DNA of 64,000 nucleotides, from assembly GCF_000150275.1 (NCBI RefSeq), contig NW_002060943.1, positions 1,416,832-1,480,831 of the forward strand. The letters run 5' to 3'. Source of the stretch: Trichoplax adhaerens (Eukaryota > Animalia > Placozoa). The position numbers were made by a program, and so were the translations under genes. This document shows positions 26,988 to 42,100 of the stretch, piece after piece. Each line of letters begins with the position of its first letter. The stretch's first letter is position 1. The notes below the pieces were generated by a model. The model worked only from the letters and a program-made list of their open reading frames with translations, did not search any database and had not been told where the DNA came from.

Positions 26988-29900
26988 TTAGAAATCAGGT
27001 AGATCGCAATAGTGTGCACCTGCACAAAAGGAATAAGGACAAATTGATACACAGGCTGCATGGCTACTGCAGGGAGTATTCAGGAGTGTGTTACCATCAC
27101 AGGATTCCCTTTTCTGTTCGTAAATAAATTACAAATTGAAAAGAGAAAAATTAATATTTTGCCGTAGATTACAAATATATTATTAATATGCTTGTATCTA
27201 AAAATAAACATGTCATGTACAAGTCGATTTTACCTCCTATCATCATTATTAACAAGTCATAGATAAAAATAGTTATATTTGAATAGATTTATTGTATTTG
27301 ATTATAGGAACTTCCTTTATTTGATTTAAGCTAAACTTTCGTTATGACGTAAATTTCCTATATCATATAACATGGATCATATCAATGACCTTTATACTGT
27401 ACCCATAGCATCATCCTAATACCCTATAGTAGAGTAAACTATCCGTAAGAACAGCGATTTTAGTTGTGGAGACAAATGTATGTTCAAAAATAGTAAAACC
27501 ATTAAAAAGTAACGTCGATTGAGTATGATATAGAATTTCATTAGCTACTAGTTATTAAATTTTACAGTCATTAATCATCTATGAGCGGTTTACATAAATA
27601 GACCAAGTAATATTGGATCAGTATCCGTAATGATATAAAATTTTAGTCATACCCAGTAGCTTGCAATAATGGCTTTGGATATATTTAGAAATTGTGAGGT
27701 TGTTGTAATAGTCTAAGTTAGACGCTATTTCCAGTATAGATAATAGCATAGCGTAACAAATACTTTATAGAAAAGTATACTGTAATAATAACAGCGATAG
27801 TACTAGTTTGAAATAATAATTATATCATAGCTACATGTCGATTTTTGTAGGCACTGATATTTAATTTCTACATTAGTGTACGTGGTAGTATCAGAATTAG
27901 ATTATGTATGCACGATGTCATTAAATATACGAATTCATTAGCGCTTCTTGCTATTGATTAAATATTAATGTTTAAATTGTACACCGCGATAGTATCAAAT
28001 TGACTTTAATGAAAATACTGTAACTATATTTAAGTATAAATTGATAGCCAAAATACAGTAATATGATCTTATTTCCGCCAAAAATTCCTTAATTAATAGC
28101 TTTAAGGATTGAATCGTTTATTGTGACTAATAATAAGATTCATTTATACCAGGAAATGAAATTTTTTTGCAAATAATGCATTAGTGAGTATTTTAGACAC
28201 ATAATTTCCGCTTGTCAAGGGAATGACAACTTATGATAAAACTTCTTAATACTGCATGGTATGTTGTTGCTATCACTATAGTTCAGGACTAGTTTTAGAA
28301 AAATGATTAGTTCAGTACACCAGACTGTAGGAAATGTCTATTATTACAATAATTAAAAAGAATAGATAATGGTACTGCGTAATGAGTTATCTAACGCTAG
28401 TCACTATTTAAATGTTATATCTTACGCGCTTTTAATTTCAAATGGATCAACATACGTGCACATTTTATGATTGGCAATTAATTATTTCTATTCATAGCGA
28501 AGGGTGGTATTGTAATAACAAATTTAAATCAAGAGTAATTATAAGACACCATGTTGGACTTGATCCCTTACAACTAAATTATCAATTGAAGAATGCTAAT
28601 TGATTTTCCATCTGCTATTTTTTTATAAGTCCAATTCGATCATCTCCTAATCAGTGCTAAATTATTCGGAATACTAATTGGTATCCCACTTAAGCTATAT
28701 ATAATTCTATCTGACTGAAAAGTCGGCTGTAGCTTATCAACTCATTAATGAAAGCTAATTAAAATCTCAACTATAACATGTATCATATCTGCCTTAAAAT
28801 AAACTATACGAGTATCACAGAAGATAGGTATAATATTGAGCAAGTACAGGTATCACGCAAGATATTACTTTAATAATAACAAGCTACTAGCTTTTTTTAA
28901 GATAATGTTATTCCTACGATAACGAATATTACTATGCTCTGATAGTCTACTTCTTAAAATCATGATTTACAATGTATAGCAAAATTTTATATTTAATCAA
29001 AACCAGACATACTAGGCATATGATTAGCATCTACTAGTTCAGTAAGCTCAATAGAGTACTGGAGCAAAATAAAGCAATGCTACGAGCACAGAACATTGCT
29101 ATCAAAATACTATACAGTACTAGTACTCTATGTTTATCCTTATTCTGAATAAAATACAACACGAAAGATATTTATAGACTGCTGTGTGGTTATGATAGCT
29201 TTGTATTTCCCCACCAAATATATTATTAAATGTAAAATATTGACCAAAATTTAGTAAGAATAGAATAATGATATTTACTCCGGAAGATTGCATACAGAAT
29301 CAAATTATTCTGTTATTGCCATGTTATCAACTTTATACTGCTATGCTATGCTATAAAATCTTAGAAGACCGCATTGCATCAATATTAATTAGATAGGCTT
29401 TAGGTTCTACAAAGAATATATAGGGTCTTTTATAACAAATAATCAATAAACACGGCTGAAGAGAATTGGCGTAGAAAATAATTAATAAATAATAGTATAA
29501 GTATCAACTAGTCGATACAACTGAAATAATAGCTCTGAAAAAATAGGAGAAAAGCTGGTCAAAGTTAATAAAGTACACTGAAAGTCCTCAAGCTAATCTT
29601 GTACATCTAATGATTGAAATTGAAGGAATTATCTCGACATGCTTGGATAAAATAATAAAATATCTATTTACTCAAGTTGGTAATACATCACTGTGATTAG
29701 ATAGGCATACTAAAATAACCGGATACATAATGCAAAAACATTAAATTTTGAATGGCAATAGAAAATAAACCGTAAATCAATAACTTTTTTTATTTTGAGC
29801 GACAACTGAACGAGTAATAAGTTGATCATATTTATAATATGATAGACTACCATTTTAAACGCTGAATTAATTTCCCTATCTTATAATATTAATCTATATA

Positions 29901-30125
29901 GCTTTTAGCTGTGATCGTTTGAGGTTTTATTTTGAATATGGTGTAGTCTAATAATTCTCAGTTCATAATTTAAGTTATTTCTGTTTAACATACCAGAATT
30001 TCTTCGATTAAACTTCTGACGTAAAATCTCCTTAAATCTTTCATGGTACCTCCGTTGGCTTGATCGGCCATCATGACAAAGCATACCGCAACCAATAAGA
30101 TCAATGTAGCCGTTGAAGTTTTCAT
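26988..30125 (-). CDS. Secreted 6-Cys knottin-like prepropeptide, paralog A (exons 30125-29994 and 27113-26988): MKTSTATLILLVAVCFVMMADQANG-GTMKDLRRFYVRSLIEEIL|KR-ESCDGNTLLNTPCSSHAACVSICPYSFCAGAHYCDLPDF*
   Basis: Hand translation. Donor CTG|gtatgt, acceptor gaacag|AAA, phase-0 intron of 2880 bp. Signal peptide, KR site and Cys framework are shared with paralogs B and C. Confidence 0.85.
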
Positions 30126-33100
30126 GTTGAATTTTTTTGTAGTAAAGTCTATATGAACATTATTTCTTTTATTAATTAAAATTTTCGTTTAAAAATAAGA
30201 CAGCAGTAGGCATAATTGCCAAAATATACATAAGTCATAATAAAAAAAATGAGGGTAAGGACTCAATAGCCATAGCTATGTGAATAATTAGTCAATCTAT
30301 TAGACAATCACTGCAACGTCCAATGATTAAAATTTATTTTCCTTCAATCTTAATCATCACGACCTTCAACTATATCATTGATCAAGATATTAATGCTCCT
30401 CTTTTATTATTTTGAAAACAAAAAATTAATGACATTGAACATAGACATAAACTATTTTCTTTCACGCGAAAATAAAAAGATAAGCAGCACTTTGCCAAGG
30501 AAATTAATTTGGTCCCAATGTAATTGTCGACTGTCTGATGTATTATAAGTAGAGTATGTTCGTAATGCTATCATAAACATTAAGATATCATTTAATTATC
30601 AGCAACAGAAAGGGAAATCTCTAAATTAAACACCTCTCTCCCGCTCTCTCTCTTGTTGCCTTTCTTGCATTATTGAAACTACGGTATATTAATAATGAAA
30701 TGCAGACATAAAGAGAAGTAACAAAGACAGCAGGATCACATTTGTATTCTAGTCATTAATGGTAAATTAAAGCTAACTTGGCTGTTGTATCTGCTAATTT
30801 AGATCTTAATTAAAAGAGAAAAAAGAATAAAAGAGATCCAATTAGACTATTCAACGACTTTGAATCAGATATCAGCTTCTTTTACAAAGAAAAAGGAATA
30901 AAGACTATTTTTCTATTGGAACTGTCGCTATATATTAAAAAATGAACATTGTGTAGTTAGCAATGTAATCGCACAATATTTACTTTTCATGTCCAGATTT
31001 TTTAATTGAACAATAAATGATTAGATAAATAGGGAAAAGAAATAGAAACGATATTATAGATTGGTTTGAGTCAATAACTGTATCAACGAGCACAAGGTTA
31101 TTAGCGAGAGATGAAATTGAAATACTTCACAAGATTATAGTAATAAAAATATTTATATAAGTAAATACTATATCAAGGATACCATCGTGGAATTGGATTT
31201 ATTAGAAAACTGCTTGTCTAGTTCATTAGTAACATTACTTGGCTGATGTTGTAGTACTGTTTTTAAATCATTGGAATAACATTACTAAGTTAAATGTCGT
31301 ACAACAAGATCATAAAATTTGAATTAGTAAATAAATAATTGATAGCTAATATTTAAATTTTTGGATCAAACGGTCCTGCTAGATCTTAATTCGCATGTAC
31401 CATATATTCCATAGCTGTTGGTAAATGCTGCCGCCGATTTTTTTAAAGTCAATTTTAAATTAATAAGAACAAAAATCAATAGTACATTCTAGATAAGAAA
31501 AATGTGGATATGTTCTCAAGTTATTTTCTTAGATGACGCACTTAATAATCTCAGAATAATGGACAATCTATTTTTCTTTTGAACTTTTAACATGGGATAA
31601 TATTGTTTCTGGCTTTAATGTCCTTTTGTCTTTTCGATTTAGCTATGTAGGTATAATTACGGAAAGGCTTGAGAGAGTACGGTACAAGTAAGAAATTTGA
31701 TTTAATTGATCAGAGGATACAATCTACTGATATGTTCTGAGTCAATGATTACAAATATAGTAGGAATTATTTTGAATACGTCTAAGATATCATCAAATTA
31801 TTATCAAAGGCTATTAGGATTATTATAATTAATATCAACTAATGTTGTTTTTCTTTATAACTAATTCTTTTTAGTAGCAATAAGAATAACAAAATCGATA
31901 TTGAAACCATTTCTGTAATAGTGACGGTTAAACTTGACATATCATAGATCAAAATGGCAATAACCCTTAATAGAAAAGACTTTAAGATTGTAGTAATGAT
32001 TCCTTTGACTTCATAAATATTGCAAAATTTCTATCAAGCTTTCTACAAACTCTATGCAATCTCGACTTCAGTTTCATCTTAGATCATTTAAGTCATATAT
32101 TTCTGAATTATAAGACAATATAGCAGCTTTTAAGATCATAGGCCTATAAAATAGTGGCAAGTTTATAGTAGAAATGATAAACTCTATTTAATGCTACCAC
32201 GTTGTCTTTTACTATTTCTAGTATCCAAATCTTATTATATAAAAGCGTAAAATTTCATTTTATATGCACAATAATTATCCATTTGACGTGATCTATCGCA
32301 TCTTAAGTACATGTACTTTTAAGATCCTCTGTGATATCATTTTTAAAAATAATTTGATTAACTACTATATTAAAATAACTTATCTATCATGGTATATAGA
32401 AGAATTTCGTATCCTGATAATGTAAGTAATCAGTTCAATCTATCATCAGAATAATTTTAACATAGCTAAGAAGAAAATCATTTAACATGGATAATTTTTA
32501 CCTTATTTAAGATAGATAAGCTGGTAAAATTGAAGGGTAGCTGCTGCTAATTTGCAAGTCGGCAAATATTAATGAGCGAAATAGGCAGACGATGGGTAAT
32601 TTATAACATTTTGGCCGCTATTACTTCTACTATCTGTGCATATCAATAGTGATAGCAACAAAGGGGTAGGATATAGACAAACAATAAGTCCATAGAATTT
32701 TAAAGCCGTTGACTATTGAATAATCGGATTGTATTTCATTTTTATCATCATCATTCCTGCCCATATCCATATAATTTGATCGTTTTACACTCACATAAAT
32801 CAATCAAGACCTACGCACTAATATGGGCATACTCACACATGGAACAGGATAGAATTGATGATTCTGCCCGCCTACTCCTTCCTAGCTATTATGGTAAATG
32901 TTATTAATTTATTTTACATTCATTACCATATCATCATGGCGATAAATTTAACTAGGTAGTTTTTTTTATTCCTAGTAGTTAATAGAACTCTAATGCCTAA
33001 CGTGTCAATAGGTTTTGTCTAAGCAGATGGTCTACATCATCATTTACTGACACTCATTTGACCTTATTTTTATAAATTATCAAATCTATTATGCTACGCA

Positions 33101-36100
33101 ATAGTTTCTGATCGGTCATGATAGTCCATTCAAAAAACTAAAAATAACAAAATTTTACCAATATTAGTCAAGTGGTCAAGCATTTAAAGTTGTAAAAGCA
33201 CAGAATAGAAATTAGGAAAGGAAATCCAATAGGAGATTCTTAACGAACGGAAAAGGCTTATTAATAACTCTGTCAGTATTAATTTCCAGGAAGAGGGGGT
33301 TGTTGATTTCCATGATGCCACACGATATTATCGTGGAATAAAAATAACAAACAACAACAGAATTAATATCATTGAACAATTGTTCTTAATCAATAGGCAA
33401 ATGAATCAATGCCTATGATTGAGGATAATGGTTACTAAAATGGCAACTGTTAATTGCCTTTAATTTAAATGAAATATCAGTTGTCTGATTCCATTATCCA
33501 AGATATCAATAAAATGATTCTAACCTTGCATATAGTATCATTGCTATTGTCTATATTAACACCTTATTGTTCTATTCAATTTGCAAGATAAAATAGATCG
33601 TTTAGCTCTGACTTCTATGATCCAATTTCCTCCCCCTTCTACCTTAACAATATTTCCTTCATTTTGCCTCTATTTTTTATTCAAAAGCGTTAAAGTGATA
33701 TTGCAATAATTAATGTTTATATTAATCAGACAAGTTAAACGTGGGCATTTCTCTTGACATGGATATCTATAGATATAAATCTATACTAGTTATACCAAAG
33801 ATTACAAGAATACCTTTTATAGTGAATATTTTAATATTTTGTCATATTTTGAGTCAATTTTATTCCAATCAATCGTAAAAATAAATTATAGTAATATAAG
33901 ATAGGCCAACAATAATATCAATCAGAATATACATAATATTTATCACTATTATCATATACAAGTAATGAAAATTTTATCTCTCTTCTTAGGGCAATTTTGA
34001 TTATGAAATAGATACTCTGGCGATTGCTCGTGGCCTAAAACATTGAACTCGATTATCACAAGTTTCTAATTATATCATTCTGATGGCGCCAATAAGAGTA
34101 CGAATAAAACAATTGTTCCAACAGTCGCTGCAATATGTAATCAATTCAGCAAATGAAAATTCCTTCTTTAGTTTATTATTCTCCTATTAAGATAGTTTAG
34201 AAAGAATTCAATGAATTAATCAAAGCGACTAACAACGATATTGATAAGCCATAATCAAAAATAAAATTAGCTTTATCTTTAATCAACCGACAACAAATAA
34301 AAGAATAAAATTGCAGAAAAAAAATTTGTTTAAAGGATTGCCGATATTTGAATACACTAAGTCTGCAATACTAAAAGTTGAAATTACTACATGAACCATA
34401 ATCAACTACATTAAAATGAATATAAAGAATAAATACAGAAAATGAACAGTAAAGGTTATGATGACAGAAATTTATCAATAAATTGAGAGCAAATAAATTA
34501 ATAATACTATAAATATTGTCTTGTTTTATACATTATACATGATAATTATGAATTACGTCTGGAAGTAATTAAAATAAAACCTTTACTGTAAGTTTTAGTG
34601 ACAAATAGGCGAATAGGAAATTACTCCTACTTAACTTACTATTACTGTAAGTTAAATAATGCCTTGTAGAAAAATAGATTTTTAATTGATTGCAATATTA
34701 CTGTTATCATTATAGAACTTAATTAAAGTTTAACTTACATTATAGCAATTGTGTATAATAGATGTATTTATAGCCAAGAATAGTAGAATATCAATTAAGT
34801 ATCCTCCTAGCCTAGTTAATTTTAGTAATTTTTCTCTCTGATAATATACATGTAGATATTGTTGAATTAATATCTTCAACGTGATTAATTACGGTAGATA
34901 ACGATAATCATCCTGTAGTAGTAAGTATGCACTATAAAGCATTGATCATATGTTCTCTTTGTTCCCTCAAGAAAATGAGAGAGTTAATTTAGTAATAAAA
35001 GTAGATTTTAAATTGGATTAACATCAGTGACTATAATTAATGCAGGTAATGCTTCCTCTTTCTTTTCGATTAGATAACTTATCTTAATCAGTCGTACTGT
35101 ATATAGTTATTTATTTCTTTGTTCACAGTATCTTATTTAATCGACGGTTAAATGATAAAGTCTATTCTTTTTATTTTGAGAACACCTTGATTAAAATAGC
35201 AGTAATGTTTAGTGATGTTATTTTTATCCTAGTAGAAACAAAAATGAGTTGAAATATTGCCCTTGATAAAAGAATTAAATTTTTATGATCGTTGTATCAT
35301 ATCTGTTCACAAATACGACATCATTACATGCTACACTTCTGTAGTTTGTGATTAGCAGTTTTAAATCAGTAATGCCCTTTAAATTAATTATCTAATATCT
35401 AATTCTATTTGTTATCGTATCGATTTAACTCGATATTTGTACCTATGCGGTATGCAGAGGATAATCTACTCTACTAATTATAAATATTTCGCGTTCATAT
35501 AGTAGATATCTAAGATTTAGATATTCTTTATTTAACATAAGTAAATTATAATTTAGTGTCCATTTTGTAAATCATAAGACTGGAATAAGACTTCAAAATT
35601 TTAAATTTAATTTTTAAATTTAATTAAATAAAGCTATTTATAGTGATATCCAAAAGTATAACGCAATTGTCAAGTTTGATAATAAAAATTAGCATTCAAA
35701 CTACTTAAAAATATTATAATTCAGTGTCTGATTAATTAATTAGCAAATTAACTAATCACATATTACAGTTTCCTTTAATAGATTTTAAACTAATGAAAGA
35801 ATCAAATATTGAACAAAACTTGGACGATACTGAACTTTGAATCTACATCAGTTATAGCTAATTCAATGCACAATACAAATTTTTTCTCCTCTTAAGAAAG
35901 GGTAATGATAAATTTTTATTCTAGAAATGACAATGAAGATTATATATAACATCATTTTAAGCGTGACATAGTATGTAACTTCAAATTTTACTATTTACAC
36001 ATTTATCTGATCTGTCTACAGCTGAAGTTAAATCAAATCTAAGCATTGATTCAATTTTATTCATGATATGTGCCATTATGACAATGGTGATTAATTAAGT

Positions 36101-39100
36101 CTGCACCGGTGCATCTGCTTACGATATTAAACTGTAAAAGATGAGGCCTTTGAAATTTTAAATTAACATCAAATGCCAGTATATTCCCTATATATTCAAT
36201 TTGAATTTATCTTGCCAAATTTATAAATACCACATTAACATACAGCTTGGAAGAAATATAGATCTGTATTTACCTTTATCCTTTATTAGTAATACATCGT
36301 TGTATTATGTTTTAACCCTTAATTTAACCTTAGCAATTTTACTTGATAGACATGGAGATGGATATAATATATATATGTATATATATACATATATATCTTG
36401 AAAATTTAAAAGAATTTGAGTTAAAAATGACTCATTTATCTACGTGATATAATCATTAAAGTGATATATCGGTCAAACGTATGAAAACACCTTTGCTTGT
36501 TAGCCAATTACTCATTAAATATTCCATCTATAGCTTCACTACGGATAATAATTAATTCTATGATATATAATAAATAACCTACAAGGTCGTGTCATCCGTG
36601 CGATAATATCGTAATACTAGGAAAAGTTCTATGATACTATTTGCAATCAGATTCTATTTCGTACATTACTGACAACCAATCTTGGTATTAATAATAATTA
36701 AGTAGATTTAAAAGTTGATAGCGGTAAGAAAACTATTGGTAGATAAACAGCATTAAATGATAACAAGATAAAATTTAATTATAAGCTTGTTTACAATTTG
36801 TAGTTAAAAATTTGTCATGTAGAATAGCCTTTATAGAAGTCGTTGAATTTATTTTTTGCTTCCAAGTTCAATGATGATTATAATAAATTCTATAAAGACA
36901 GCCATCATTTTTATTGTAGTTCCGCCTACTGTTGGAAAGATTATGATATTATTCTGCCCTCTAAAGTTCTAGAAAATTCCATTTAACACATGTAACATTT
37001 ACTGTAATAGTAAATTAAATTTCTTACCATGGATCATGAAGTAATAACAATAGTTCTTGACTGCTTATGAAAAGTTAAAAATTTGCCATTTTAGAACATG
37101 AATTAAATGATCTATCACTATTCTATTACAACTTAGAGAAAAAAGTAAAAGTATTGAGGTTATTGAGTTGAATTGATGATGGAAACAAAAAAATTAAGAA
37201 ATGCATTTTATTAGAACTAAATTCTATCCATTGTAGAGTTATGAATCACCATAGGAGGTAGGTTTTAGAGGAAAGATATTGGCGAACTATAAATTAGCTT
37301 AATCATAATAGCTATTGATAGCTTATAAAATATATTATAGTCTAGTTGCAATATCAAAATTAAGTGATATTCCTCAGATAGTTATTATAACTAGCTCTGA
37401 TCAAATTGAAATACGATCAGTATTCCCAAGAAGGATTTCTTAAAGAAAGTCAAAGATTGCGTTGTTTTTTTTAAATATGGAGGAAAAACAAGAATCAATG
37501 GAGTTAGAATCAGTTAGAACAAAGACATATTTTTGAGAATATCATTTATATTGCATAAATTGTCTAAAATACAACAACCTTCATCTTAACTGACATGCTA
37601 TTAAATCTTGCATATCCCTTCTGCTTAATTGAAATCAATTCATCAAATTATCTCGATTTGGAAAATAAATCATCGCAAACACTGACAGTCTATCCAATTG
37701 CTAATATAAATATGACATCAATGGAATGATTGCTTATAAAGATAGTTTTTATTTTATTATTAATGTGTCAAAGTTTGTAGACATTTATTATGTAGAATTT
37801 TGAAGTTCCGATAAATAAAGCAACATTTCCAACGGTGTAATTTGAAACATATGCCTATTATGTTAGAGTCCCCAAAGATTAAAGTGAGCTGTTTAAATGC
37901 AAAATGATCTACAATTAGAATGGATTACAAGCAATAAAACAATTTTTGAGTAACAAGTACCGATTGTTATGATTGTAATATGCTCAATATAGGTTTAAAC
38001 TAGTAGATAAAAGGTATTTTATAATTAAAAAATCTAAAATGTTATACATATAGTTATAGTTTCATGTGTGGAATACATTACTAAATACATATCATTCAGA
38101 GATTTAAATATAAATGTATTTTAAATTCGGTAGATGGATGTTATACTATATAACTCGTATAATATGAGATGAGATTATCCCTTTAGATGCCAATAGTGAT
38201 AGAAGAGAGAATAAAAGTTTTGTATAACGGTATTTCCAGAATTTTATATGGTCATGGGCTTAATTAAACGCGCCATCGCGTGCAATGCTATAACTATGGC
38301 AGTTTCTAATAGCCAAGTTACTCATGCTGACATTCTGTATCATTTAGCTGACGTATTTTTATTCTATTTTCTTAATTTCATCTTAATAGTGTGCTAAGAA
38401 CTCACCAACGTATTTATCAGTTTTTACCTTTATTACCATGATAGTTCGTACCTATCAGCTACTAACTATTTGATGACTCAATCAAGCATTTCATTATTGA
38501 CTATATTCGGTATTGCTGCCTATAATAACGATGGAAATGATTCTTTCAACGCTTGAATAAGATCTTATTTTTCAAGTCGTAAACCATTTATTGTATTGCA
38601 ATGAAGTAAACTATCAAATAGCCTTTGATTATTAAAGGATTTGCTAATCGTGAATACCACTGGTGGACTTGTATTCTTCTTTATGCGATTTCAATTGTAC
38701 TGCATAGGAAGTGAATGATTCCGTCAAAACATATATCTTGACGTCCCGTTACAAAGCAATAGACAAATTCGAAAATTTGAATTGAAACGCTTATGACTAA
38801 TCTAAGATACATAGGCAATTTTTTCTTTGCAATTTAATATCTATTTTAGTAATAATGCGAGAGCTTCGTAATTTACACGCTCCAATACTGCCTATGTGCC
38901 GTAAAATAAAATATATATTCTTTTAATATTATTTCGGATAATCATTCAATCGCTGTTATAAAACACTTCAAATAGTGCAGTGTTGTTAAAAGCTCATCGT
39001 ATAATGCCAATTGGATACGAGGTACTATTAATATAGCTGTCTACTACTTTAATGAGATAACTATTGGATTATTATAGGAAAATCATGACTCCGTGACAGA

Positions 39101-42100
39101 ATGTATATCGATTATATGAATCTAAGCAACAATCTGGCATTGATAGTACAAATAAGAATTCTCTCTTATTATCAATATGTATATATTCTTGTGACAAAGA
39201 CTCACCAGAGATGTTTTTGGGTCTTCTTTCTTAAACTAATTATCAAGATTAGTTTCCCATGACTACCGTAAATTTCTTCCTTAAGTTTCATAAAGAAACG
39301 ATATAGACCTTCTCCTTACGCCTAAACGATAAAATAATGAACGCACTTTTATTCTTTCTATCTATATTTGCGAGCAGCAACAGAGCATATACATAGAAAT
39401 CAATTCTACTTGAAAATTAATGCTAATAGACGATATTGGCTCTTGCATATTCTTAGATGTAAATTGCACATATTTATGCTCTAGTTTAAAATACGTTAAA
39501 GCACGGATATAACACGTCATGGTCACAATACGATCTGACCTTTGAGCTCTCTTACAAATTAGATATCTAACTAATCCACTTGCCCTTACTGGAAAATGAA
39601 TTATTTTTATAATCTATAATCTGAACAGCAAGCTATCAACTTTTCAATGATCAATGTAACATACTTATACCTAACGATAATCCTTAGCAACCGTAACACA
39701 ATCATAAATTTTAATATTTAATCCTGCTTTCCATCTTTTTGTTTAGAAAGCTTAAATCTTATACTATCGTTGCTCTTTCATATTTGACTCTTGTATTCTC
39801 AAAATAAATTAAATCTGTAAATTTTTTGTCTTTTTAACGCCAAAAATACTGAGCTATAGACCGAAATATACATATCAATAACGTAGGAATAATTATAAAT
39901 TCTCCTTTGCTTCAATGTTTACAGCAATTAATCTTATATATTTTTTTTACAGTTTGTAATATGATTACAGTTAGGTAATTCTAAGCTAAATAGTTATTGA
40001 ATTCGGAGCATAGAAAAGCATCAGCCATTTACACATAAAGTATTAATAAAAATAGTTGACAAATGCATCAGCTTATCATGACATAATAATTCATAAAGTA
40101 TTCTTTAACGAATGAATGACTCCGAATCCAAAATTGATCTGCATGACTCTCATTTCTAAATATTTATTTAGAAACCTTGGATCTAAATTACCAAATATTA
40201 TCTTCAATCCTTATTCGAATCAAAATATTAAAATATCATCGTAGGATGGAGGTAAAAATGGTCTACAAAATACGGACATTCTTGCCATAAAGAAGGGCTT
40301 GATTGAGCATGACAATCCTATTTGCTATCTAAATAGCAGTCTGTCTCTAAACTAATACATCACTTTAATTTCGATCAACTTTACTTTCGACGTTAAGGGA
40401 CGAGGTTATTGTCAGTCTATAGCCTTTAGAAGTCATTATAAAATTGTTGACATTACGTGTAAGCAGTTCAATAAATAAGTGCATTAGATGCCGCAATTTT
40501 ATCAATTTATGATCTCATAGTAAATAGCGATTATCTTTATGTATTCTATTAATACAATTCTTCACATTTGTTGTATTATTAGATGTTAGTTGAACACTTA
40601 CTTTATTTTTGTTCCACTAACATTTTCCTCCTTTCTAATTTATGCATGTCTTAAATTTTTTTGATAGCATGGTGTAAACGATAGATATTCCAAATTTTAT
40701 GTAAAAAGAATCAAGTAATGAAAGGAAAGAAAATAAGAATAGATTATCTCCGCTGCTGTCATCGTTAAAATATGAGACAGTAGTTAAAAATAAAATCTAA
40801 TTATCATAGGAAGAGATAGTCTAATGGTACTGCACCATACTAACCTACTTATAGCTTTTCATCGACATTACTAGTTCAATTTCGAACCGATATGAACATA
40901 GCCTGATAAAAATTATACATTATTGATTGCAAGATAAAGTATAACCTATAGATTTTTCTCTTGTTTCAAAATTTCTCATATTGAAGTTTATAAATGCACA
41001 AAAAAAATTCGCAACATTATTAAATTTAAAATTAGCCTGTGTTGCAGAACAGGCAGCAGAGCGATGTTGTTGTTGTAGCGTAATTAAAAGTTGATTTACA
41101 TTATTAAAAAATAAGCAAAAATACAGATACATTGCTCTGTATAATATTTAATTAGATCTAGCAAGAAGTTAATAACAAACAAGGTCAATTTTTATCGTGA
41201 CTAATTATGGCTAATTATGACCAAATGTTTTTAAATGCAATTCTGATATTCCATTTTTCATTTTACAATAAATCGATTTTTGGTTGTTAATGTAATTCTA
41301 TATAGAAAAAAGAATTTCTATTAGTGCATATTCTGATCTATTGCATTTTATTGCGACTCTTATTTCCTATTCATGAATGATTTAATAACTAGCGCAATCG
41401 AAGACAGGATGTCTCAAAATAACATTGACAATGGTTTAAAGCTCTTATAGATCTTAGCTACTTACATAGATTGATGCTCTACTTAAGATATCAGCGCAAG
41501 TATTCTTAAAACAATCCTTCAAGTACTACAGGATGTACTAAAATATCCTTTATTTAATAGACAGTAATCACAATCATATGATGCATTATGCAAAATTGAT
41601 CACTATTAGGACTGTATTACATCATGATTATTAATATAGAACATAAATCATACAAAATGATGACATTCAAAGGATGATACAAATTTATGATTGAAAATTT
41701 GACGGGGTTGAAGAATTACGGCAGTTTTCCAACTCCATTTGTATACTCTTCTGAGCACGCGAAAGATTAGCTCAAAGGCCTTGAAGCTCTAGAATATTTT
41801 TACAAAGATTAATCAATAGCTAGGTCATACTATGCATTTTATATTATCATGCAACCTGAAGGGACTTGGACCATCGGCTGATATTGAATTCGAAAGGCCC
41901 GCCACTGCCTTACGTGATCAGATGTTAGCGTGATTGTAAGTTATCTACCATAATATCAAATGTTTATAAAAATGAGTACTTAATGTTTCATTTCTTAAAG
42001 ATTACGTTTATTCAAAGCAGAAAAATATTTTGGTTAAATTTTTCCTTTTGCTGAGTAAAATTTCATCAATTTTCAACGGGTTCAGAGTTTTACAAAATAG